Assembly (NCBI GenBank): GCA_963755715.1
Contig: CAVWLW010000020.1
Coordinates: forward strand, 1-35,579
DNA length: 35,579 bases
Direction of reading: 5' to 3'
Source of the DNA: an uncultured delta proteobacterium
Lineage (GTDB): Bacteria > Desulfobacterota > Binatia > UBA9968
A program made the position numbers and the translations under genes. Shown piece by piece: positions 28,344-35,579 of the stretch. Numbering within the stretch: position 1 is the stretch's first letter; the number at the start of each line of letters is the position of its first letter. The notes below the pieces were generated by a model that worked only from the letters and a program-made list of their open reading frames with translations, had not been told where the DNA came from and ran no database searches.

Positions 28344-29722
28344 CGGTACGAAAGCAGATCACGATGAAGAAAGCAAAGATTTGTTCGTCCGTTGTGCGCG
28401 GTGGTTTCTGCGCGCTCGTAATAGTCGCGTCCTTGCTCTCGATCCGTCCCGCCTGGGCGCAGAGCCCAAAGGGCAGCACGGCAAAGGAGCTAAATAAAAC
28501 AGATGCGACGCGCGCGGCCGGCGACCTTTCGCAGCGTGTCGATGAAAGGAAGAACAACGATGAAACGTCCCTGGGCCCGCCGGCTGACAAAACCCTAGTG
28601 ACCGGCTTGAGGTTTCTTTCTTCCAAGGCTACGACGAGAATCCTCCTTGAACTGTCGCAGGAGAGCAAGTATGAAATCCGCCGTCTGAAAGAAGATCCGG
28701 GGAAAGGCATACCGCCGCGCATTTACATCGACATTTTGGGCGCGAAGCTGGCGCTTACATCACGGGATCCGGTGCCTGCCGACGACGGCCTGCTGCGCCA
28801 GGTTCGTCTCGGCCAATATAGCGCCGATGTGGTGCGCGTTGTCCTCGATATGCAGAGCCTCGGCGCGCACAACGCATTTCTTCTTACGGATCCGTACCGT
28901 CTGGTCATCGAGCTTCAGGGGCAAAAAGGCCAGGAGCGAGTGTTGACTAGTGAGCCGGCCGCAAAAGTGGAAGCGACGGCGAGCCGGCCTATGGCGCAAG
29001 CGAAGAAACCCAACTCCACGGCGCCGGCCGTGAGCAATCTGCGCAAGATAGTTTTGGATCCGGGGCACGGCGGCAAGGACCCGGGCGCGATCGGCGCCGG
29101 CGGCTTGGCGGAAAAAGACGTGGTGTTGAGCATTGCCAAAAAGCTCGCCGTCAAACTCAAGAATGAAATGGGAATCCAGGTTGTCTTGACGCGTCAGGAT
29201 GATCGTTTCGTGGCCTTGGAAGACCGCACCGCGATGGCCAACGCCGAGAATGCCGATTTGTTCATTTCGCTGCACATGAACGCCAGCCTCAATGCCGAGG
29301 CAAGGGGCATCGAAACTTATTATCTTGACAACACCACCGACGAAGCTGCGATGCGCCTGGCCGCGCGCGAAAACGCCGCGTCGCGCAAGAATATTTCCGA
29401 TTTACAGTTTATACTGAGCGATATGACGCAAAATATGAAGCTCGAGGATTCGATTACCCTGGCACACAGAATCCAGGGGGCGCTCGTCGGCGGCATGAGC
29501 AAAGTCATGAGCGATGTCAAAGACCTGGGTGTGAAGCAAGCGCTTTTTTATGTTCTGGTCGGCGCGCGCATGCCCAGCGTCCTGGTGGAAATGTTTTTTA
29601 TCACCCATCGCACCGAAGGCCGGGCCTTGAGCCTGGCGAGTTACCAAGACTCCATGGTGGAAGCCTTATTCGAAGGTATCCAAAAATACAGTCAATCGAA
29701 CCTCATGGTCAAAACGCTTTAG
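28340..29722 (+). CDS. N-acetylmuramoyl-L-alanine amidase (AMIN plus Amidase_3, AmiC-like)
   Basis: ATGA overlap with the mutS stop; signal peptide; PPRIYID, VRVVLD and PYRLVIE (AMIN); IVLDPGHGGKDPGA, EKDVVL, FISLHMNA, PSVLVE. Confidence 0.92.
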   Translation: MTVRKQITMKKAKICSSVVRGGFCALVIVASLLSIRPAWAQSPKGSTAKELNKTDATRAAGDLSQRVDERKNNDETSLGPPADKTLVTGLRFLSSKATTRILLELSQESKYEIRRLKEDPGKGIPPRIYIDILGAKLALTSRDPVPADDGLLRQVRLGQYSADVVRVVLDMQSLGAHNAFLLTDPYRLVIELQGQKGQERVLTSEPAAKVEATASRPMAQAKKPNSTAPAVSNLRKIVLDPGHGGKDPGAIGAGGLAEKDVVLSIAKKLAVKLKNEMGIQVVLTRQDDRFVALEDRTAMANAENADLFISLHMNASLNAEARGIETYYLDNTTDEAAMRLAARENAASRKNISDLQFILSDMTQNMKLEDSITLAHRIQGALVGGMSKVMSDVKDLGVKQALFYVLVGARMPSVLVEMFFITHRTEGRALSLASYQDSMVEALFEGIQKYSQSNLMVKTL

Positions 29723-29733
29723 ATGAATATTTC

Positions 29734-32448
29734 ATGGACGCTGTAGCCATCTCGCTGGCGCTGCTCGACCAGGTGCAAACCGAGCATGATCTCAAACGTT
29801 TGACGCGCCAATACGTCGATCACGGCCGGCGCACTCTTTTCGAGCGACACCGCGCAGGCGCAGACGGCTTGGAGATCGTCTCGGCATGGTCCACCGTGAT
29901 GGATCATCTGATTCGCCATTTGTTCACCCAGATCAGCGCCCAACACACCAGTCAGTTTCCCGCGCCGAACCTGCGTTTCGCTCTGGTCGCTCAAGGCGGC
30001 TATGGCCGGGGCGAGCTCAATCCCCAGTCAGACATCGACCTCTTATTTCTCTACGGCTGGAAGGTTTCACCCTTCGTCGAATCGGTCACCGAAAAGCTGC
30101 TTTACACCTTGTGGGACGCCGGTCTTCAGGTCGGCCACGCCACCCGGAGCATCGCCGAGTGCGTGCGCCTGGCGGAAAACGACATGAAAGTGCGCACATC
30201 CTTGCTCGACGCGCGTTTTCTTTGCGGCGATTATCCGCTCTACCAAGATTTCGAAAAGCGCGTCGAGTCGCGTCTGGTCAAAAACGGCGTCAAGCGCTTC
30301 ATCCGCGAAAAGCTCGAGGAGAATCGCGCCCGTCACGAACAGTTCGGCGGCTCGGTCTATTTGCTCGAGCCCGAGGTCAAAGAAGGGGAGGGCGGGCTGA
30401 GGGATATTCAAACCGCCCGCTGGATCGCGCGCGCCAAGCTCAAAGCCAAGGATCTCGACGCGCTCGCGCTCAACGGCGTGGTCAGCGCCACCGATATCGC
30501 CGCTTTGAAAGAGTCACAGGATTTCTTGCTGCGGGTGCGCAATGAATTGCACTTTTCCACCGGTAAACATCAAGACCAGCTGACCTTCGAGCACCAAGAA
30601 AAAGTAAGCTCGGCGCTGGGCTTCGAGGGTGAAGGCGCCTTGCGCGGCGTCGAGGTCTTCATGCGCAGCTACTATCTGCACGCGGCGCAGATTAACCGGC
30701 TATCGACGCTGATCGTGCACCGAGTGACCGACTGCGACAAGCCACGCTTCGGCGCCACCTATATGTTCGGCCGCACCTTGCGCGAGGGGATTCGCCTCTC
30801 AAAGGGACACGTGACGGTGACCAAACCCGAGGTTATCAGAAGCAGTCCCGAAAATCTCATCCGTATTTTCGACGACGCGCAGAAATATAACTGCCAATTG
30901 ACGCACGAAACCCGCGAATTGTTGCGCCAGCATTTGGATTTGATCGACGATGATTTCCGCCGCTCGGCGGAGGCCAACCTGCCGTTTTTCAATATCCTTA
31001 AATGGAAAGAATCGGTCTATGAGACCCTGATGGAAATGCACCGCGCCGGCGTTTTGGGCGCGCTCATTCCCGAATTCGGCCGGCTGCTTTGCATGGTGTT
31101 GCACGACGCTTATCACATTTACACGGTGGATCAGCATTCGCTGCGCTTGATCAAAGAGATCGAACGGTTGAAAGCCGGCGATTACGCCGAGAGCCTGCCG
31201 CTGCTCACCCAACTGGCGCGCGAAGCCGAGAAGATCGAGCTGCTTTATCTCGGCTTGATGTTTCACGATATCGGCAAGGGTTTCGGCGGCGGTCATTCGG
31301 AGATCGGCGCGCGCATGGTGCATTCCATCGCGCGGCGCATGCGTCTGAACGCCGACGATGGCGCCCTGGTCGAGTTTCTCGTGCGCCACCATTTGCTAAT
31401 GACCCACACGGCGTTTCGACGCGATTTGGAAGATGAAAAGACGATCTTCGATTTCGCCAAGACGATGGGCAGCGTCAATAACTTGAAGATGCTCTACTTG
31501 CTAACCTTTGCCGACGTCAAAGCCGTCGGCCCCGAGGTCTGGAATCCCTGGAAAGCGTCGCTGCTGGGCGAGCTTTACATCAAGGCGCTCAATCTCTTGG
31601 AAGAAGCCGAAAAAGGAGAATTCGAGCGCCAGGATATTCGCGCCGCGCTGCGCCGTGTCCAGACCCGAGTGCGCCGGCAATTGTCCAAAGACTACGACGA
31701 GGAGAGAGTCGAAAAGTTTATTGAGGCGATGCCCGAGCGCTATTTCCTGTTGACTCCCGAAGACGATATCGCCGAGCATTTCGAGCTGATGGATAGCTTT
31801 CGCGATAAGAGAGCGGAGTTGTCGGTGCAGCACTTTCCCGAGCGCGACTGCAGCTCCGTGGTTGTTTGCAGCCAGGACCGTCCAGGATTATTCGCGTCGA
31901 TTACCGGCGTTTTCACCGCGCTCAATTTCGACATTCTCAATGCGCGGATTTTTACCGCCAACGACGGTCGTATTCTCGACGTATTTCGCATTTCTCATCA
32001 CGGCCGCCCCGAAGTTGTCATGGCCGAGCAGAAATGGGTCAAATTTCGCGCGGTTCTGGATGGCGTGTTAGACGGTAAAATCGATATCGCCCACCTGGTG
32101 GGATCGTTTAAGCCTTCGCTGCTGTTTAGAAACGGGCGCCGAAAGTCTCCACCGCAATCAATATCGACAACGAGGCTTCGGACGGTTTTACCATCGTCGA
32201 GGTTTTTACCGAGGACCGGATCGGCGTTCTTTTCACCATCACCTACAGCCTGCACCGGCTTGGCTTGTCGATTCACGTTGCGAAAATATCAACTAACGTG
32301 GATCAGGTGGGGATGTGTTTTATGTCACCGATCACGCCGGCGGAAAGTCATCGAGCCGGAGCAGGTCGAAACCGTGCGCAAATTTCTCCATCAGAATCTT
32401 GCTCCCCAAAATGACACAAGCGAAAGATTTGCTGAGCCCGCCAGTTGA
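29734..32448 (+). CDS. glnD: [Protein-PII] uridylyltransferase/uridylyl-removing enzyme; three compensating frameshifts garble the last ACT domain
   Basis: [54 protein letters not shown]. Alternate frames at about 32130-32345 read [24 protein letters not shown]...KIST and then DVFYVT. Confidence 0.95.
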   Translation: MDAVAISLALLDQVQTEHDLKRLTRQYVDHGRRTLFERHRAGADGLEIVSAWSTVMDHLIRHLFTQISAQHTSQFPAPNLRFALVAQGGYGRGELNPQSDIDLLFLYGWKVSPFVESVTEKLLYTLWDAGLQVGHATRSIAECVRLAENDMKVRTSLLDARFLCGDYPLYQDFEKRVESRLVKNGVKRFIREKLEENRARHEQFGGSVYLLEPEVKEGEGGLRDIQTARWIARAKLKAKDLDALALNGVVSATDIAALKESQDFLLRVRNELHFSTGKHQDQLTFEHQEKVSSALGFEGEGALRGVEVFMRSYYLHAAQINRLSTLIVHRVTDCDKPRFGATYMFGRTLREGIRLSKGHVTVTKPEVIRSSPENLIRIFDDAQKYNCQLTHETRELLRQHLDLIDDDFRRSAEANLPFFNILKWKESVYETLMEMHRAGVLGALIPEFGRLLCMVLHDAYHIYTVDQHSLRLIKEIERLKAGDYAESLPLLTQLAREAEKIELLYLGLMFHDIGKGFGGGHSEIGARMVHSIARRMRLNADDGALVEFLVRHHLLMTHTAFRRDLEDEKTIFDFAKTMGSVNNLKMLYLLTFADVKAVGPEVWNPWKASLLGELYIKALNLLEEAEKGEFERQDIRAALRRVQTRVRRQLSKDYDEERVEKFIEAMPERYFLLTPEDDIAEHFELMDSFRDKRAELSVQHFPERDCSSVVVCSQDRPGLFASITGVFTALNFDILNARIFTANDGRILDVFRISHHGRPEVVMAEQKWVKFRAVLDGVLDGKIDIAHLVGSFKPSLLFRNGRRKSPPQSISTTRLRTVLPSSRFLPRTGSAFFSPSPTACTGLACRFTLRKYQLTWIRWGCVLCHRSRRRKVIEPEQVETVRKFLHQNLAPQNDTSERFAEPAS

Positions 32449-33357
32449 CGCCTTTCTGGCGATGGCGGCCGTGGAAAAGGGCCTGGCGAAAAATACCATC
32501 GAGGCTTACGGTCGCGATTTAGCCAAGCTCCTGGACTATCTAGAATCCCAGCGGGTAACGTCGTGGAGCGAGGTCGATTCGATGCGGATTCGCACTTTCA
32601 TCATTTCTCTCCGCGCCGCCGGCCTCGGTCCTAAAAGCATCGCGCGTCACGCGGTGAGCGTGAGACGGTTGTTTTTGTTTCTCGAAAGCGAAGGGCAGGT
32701 CAAGGATAGTTCTATGCCCAACGTGTTGTTGCCGGCGGCGTCACGAAAGCTGCCGCAGCCGTTATCGGGCGACGACATCCGCAAGCTGCTAGCCGAGCCC
32801 GATGCATCGCGGTCGCTCGGCGCGCGCGATCAAGCCATGTTGGAACTCTTGTACGCGACCGGCTTGCGCGTATCGGAACTCGTCGCCCTTGAGACTCGGC
32901 ACATCAGTTTTCAAGGCGATTATCTGACGATCAAAGGGAAGGGCGCCAAAGTCAGGGCCGTGCCTTTCGGCAGATGGGCGCGGGAAAAGCTCACGCTGTA
33001 TATCAACGAGGTGAGGCCACGGCTCTTGAAGGGCGTCTCCAGTCCGTTCGTGTTTACCAACCGTTCGGGAAAACGCTTGAGCCGGCAAGGCTTCTGGAAG
33101 CTTATACGCCGCTATGCGCTGACGGCGGGGATCGATAAGCGCGTGACGCCGCATACCTTGCGCCACTCTTTTGCAACCCACCTGCTCGAAGGTGGCGCGG
33201 ATTTAAGATCAGTACAGGCGATGTTGGGCCACGCGATATTTCGACGACGCAAATCTATACTCACGTCGATGGCGCGCGCCTAAAAAAAATACACCGCGAA
33301 CATCATCCGAGAGAGCGAAGCGGCACAAAGAAAAGGATTAATGGAGTGACGGAGTGA
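32411..33357 (+). CDS. xerD: Tyrosine recombinase XerD; 1-nt deletion at about 33234
   Basis: [75 protein letters not shown]; the shifted frame gives [11 protein letters not shown]...HHPR to TGA 33357. Confidence 0.93.
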
Positions 33358-33416
33358 CAGAGGCGCGCCCACTGGGTCGCCCGTTTCAGAGGGCAGACAC
33401 GGGGGTCTGCCCATAC
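33358..33416. repeat. Degenerate REP-like palindrome doublet
   Basis: GGCGCGCCCACTGGGTCGCCC, a short spacer, then GGGCAGAC-ACGGGG-GTCTGCCC-ATAC; resembles GTAG-family REP pairs. Confidence 0.5.
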
Positions 33417-33503
33417 CCAACTATTATAAACCGCATTCTTCCACCTTGTCTTTTCCTCGGCCTTGCCGTATTCATATTACAGTAGTTCTCCCGCGGAACT
33501 CTA

Positions 33504-34172
33504 TTGGAAGAAACAATCCGTCAAATCGCGATTTGGGCGCTACCTGTTTTGGTCGCAGTCGTGTTTCATGAAGTCGCCCACGGTTGGGTGGCGTACCGGC
33601 TCGGTGATTCAACCGCTGCGCGACTTGGCCGATTGACGCTCAATCCTTTTGCTCATGTAGATCTATTTGGCACGATTCTGTTGCCGCTGATGTTGATCGT
33701 CACCCACGCGCCTTTTGTGTTTGGCTATGCCAAACCGGTGCCGGTTAACTTTCTCAATTTGCGCAATCCCAAACGCGATATGATTTGGGTTGCCGCGGCT
33801 GGACCGGCAATGAACTTGGCGCTGGCGTTTGTTTGCACGGTGATCTGGAAGTCGCTTGCGCCGATGCTGGACGCACGGCCGGACCCAGCAGCGGGATCGG
33901 CGGCCGGCAATTACGTCACGGCGATTGTGTTGATGGCTCAGAGCGGGATTTTGATCAACGTCGTATTGGCGGTGTTCAATATGTTGCCGTTACCGCCGCT
34001 GGATGGCGGGCGGGTTTTGGTCGGCTTGCTGCGTGCGCTAGCGGTGAAATTGGCGCGCATCGAGCCTTTCGGCTTCATCATTCTGATCGTATTGCTGATG
34101 ACGCATACTTTAAACCCCATCATCCATCCACCGACGGAGTTCTTGTTGAAGCTTTATTTGCGTGCGTTTTAG
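33504..34172 (+). CDS. Site-2 protease family (M50) zinc metalloprotease
   Basis: [42 protein letters not shown]; TTG start. Confidence 0.92.
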   Translation: MEETIRQIAIWALPVLVAVVFHEVAHGWVAYRLGDSTAARLGRLTLNPFAHVDLFGTILLPLMLIVTHAPFVFGYAKPVPVNFLNLRNPKRDMIWVAAAGPAMNLALAFVCTVIWKSLAPMLDARPDPAAGSAAGNYVTAIVLMAQSGILINVVLAVFNMLPLPPLDGGRVLVGLLRALAVKLARIEPFGFIILIVLLMTHTLNPIIHPPTEFLLKLYLRAF

Positions 34173-34185
34173 CTTCGGGCAAATT

Positions 34186-35177
34186 ATGGAAACCATCGTC
34201 AGCGGTATGCGACCCACGGGACGCGCTTTACCTGGGCCATTTACACGGCGCGCTAAAAAATTGGCTGAAGCTGCAAGAACAATATCAGTGCTACTTTTTT
34301 GTCGCCGACTGGCACGCCCTGACGACCGACTACGCGAGCCCCCAAGGGATTCAGCAGAGCACTATCGATATGGTGATGGAATTCCTGGCCGTACAGTATT
34401 CCGGTCTCGACCCGGCGAAGTCCGTCTTGTTTCGCCAATCGCGGGTCAAGGAACACGCCGAGCTGCATCTGCTCTACTCGATGATTACGCCGGTGCCGTG
34501 GCTCGAACGCAATCCAACTTATAAGGAACAGCTCAAGGAAATCGTCGGCAAGGATTTATCGACCTACGGTTTCCTCGGCTATCCGGTTTTGCAGGCGGCC
34601 GATATCACGATTTACAAAGCCAACAAAGTTCCGGTCGGCGTCGATCAGGCGCCTCATGTCGAGCTGACCCGCGAGATCGTGCGGCGATTCAATCAGCTTT
34701 ACCAGCCGATTTTCCCCGAGCCGGAGGTTTTGCTGACCGAAACGCAAAAGATGCCGGGGCTAGACGGCCGCAAGATGAGCAAGAGCTACGGCAACGCGGT
34801 GTTTTTATCGGACACGCCGAAGGAGATCGATCAAAAGCTCAGCCGCATGATGAACCCACCCCGCTCGCGTACGACGCACCGATCCGGGCGAACCGGGGAA
34901 AAAGTGTCCGGCCTTTCAACTGCACAAGATTTATTGCACTCCCGAGGAAATCGCCCAGGTTTCACAAGGCTGCCGAAGCGCCGGCATCGGCTGCCTGGAA
35001 TGCAAAAAAATTATGATCAAGCACGTGATCGAGGATCTGGCGCCGTTTCGCGAGAAGCGCGCGCATTATCAGGACAAGCCGGGCGAGGTCGAAGAAATAC
35101 TCGAGTCGGGAACCCGACAGGCGCAAAGCGCCGCCGCGGCGACCATGACCGAGGTGAGAGGAACACTAGGGCTGTGA
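34186..35177 (+). CDS. trpS: Tryptophan--tRNA ligase; several frameshifts (about 34225 and about 34855-34900)
   Basis: SGMRPTG, LGHLHG (HIGH region damaged), [40 protein letters not shown], and a C-terminus ending EVRGTLGL*. Confidence 0.93.
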
Positions 35178-35579
35178 GCACGCGCGTCCAATTGGAATTT
35201 TTCGAAGGCCCCTTGGATCTCTTACTTCACCTGATCAAGAAAAACGAGGTCAGCATCACCGATATCCCGATCGCGACGATCACCGAACAATATCTGGGGA
35301 CGTTGGAATTGATGGAAACTTTTAGCCTCGATGTAGCCGGCGAGTTTCTCGTCATGGCGGCAACGCTGATCCATATCAAGTCGCGCATGCTCCTACCGGC
35401 CGGAGACGAGGAGAGCGATGACGACGAGGCTGGGATCGACCCGCGCGATGAATTGGTGCGCCGCTTGTTGGAGTACCAGCGTTACAAAGACGCGGCCACG
35501 GAGCTGGAGCAGCGCGAGATTTTGACGCGCGACGTGTTTGTGCGCGCCCCACCGCCGGCGGAGGAGAGCGGCCCGCGCG
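35174..35579 (+). CDS. scpA: Segregation and condensation protein A (kleisin), 3' end outside the window
   Basis: GTGA overlap with the trpS stop; [53 protein letters not shown]. Confidence 0.93.
   Translation, partial: MSTRVQLEFFEGPLDLLLHLIKKNEVSITDIPIATITEQYLGTLELMETFSLDVAGEFLVMAATLIHIKSRMLLPAGDEESDDDEAGIDPRDELVRRLLEYQRYKDAATELEQREILTRDVFVRAPPPAEESGPR

Noticed and set aside
32411-33357. Prophage or island integrase
   Set aside because: The motifs and the glnD-xerD-S2P-trpS-scpA context indicate housekeeping XerD; no att sites or phage genes were seen.
34391-34405. Extra QYS in TrpRS ([10 protein letters not shown] versus the usual LAVGLDP)
   Set aside because: It sits in a visibly error-rich gene and cannot be told apart from a consensus artefact.

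Overview
A bacterial chromosomal window with almost all genes on the + strand. The gene content and order (orphan NMT1/SsuA-like binding proteins, amidohydrolase_2 enzymes, UbiD, mutS-amidase-glnD-xerD-S2P-trpS-scpA) suggest a deltaproteobacterial, possibly Binatota-like, organism; this is inference only. The left half (about 0.5-15.6 kb) is accessory: a GtrA-GT39 glycosyltransferase, two tandem binding-protein plus amidohydrolase pairs, VOC, exported SLOG-like and F420-type oxidoreductase genes, purU, a UbiD decarboxylase followed by an unlisted 48-aa zinc-ribbon gene, a lone molybdopterin-binding subunit, a 3-hydroxyanthranilate dioxygenase and a metallophosphoesterase. The right half is core: a PyrR-attenuated pyrimidine operon (pyrR, a pyrB fusion, carA, carB), recG, a MerR regulator, mutS, an amidase, glnD, xerD, a site-2 protease, trpS and a partial scpA. 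The standout is the 649-aa ORF at 16467-18416. It joins an intact aspartate carbamoyltransferase catalytic chain to only the zinc domain of PyrI, a degenerate Ada-like domain and a second PyrR/PRTase domain. It sits beside a standalone PyrR that has lost the complementary set of motifs, downstream of a PyrR-binding attenuator whose terminator also covers the ribosome-binding site. Many single-base frameshifts, including in carB and trpS, look like long-read consensus errors rather than pseudogenes. No tRNA, rRNA, CRISPR array or intact mobile element was seen.
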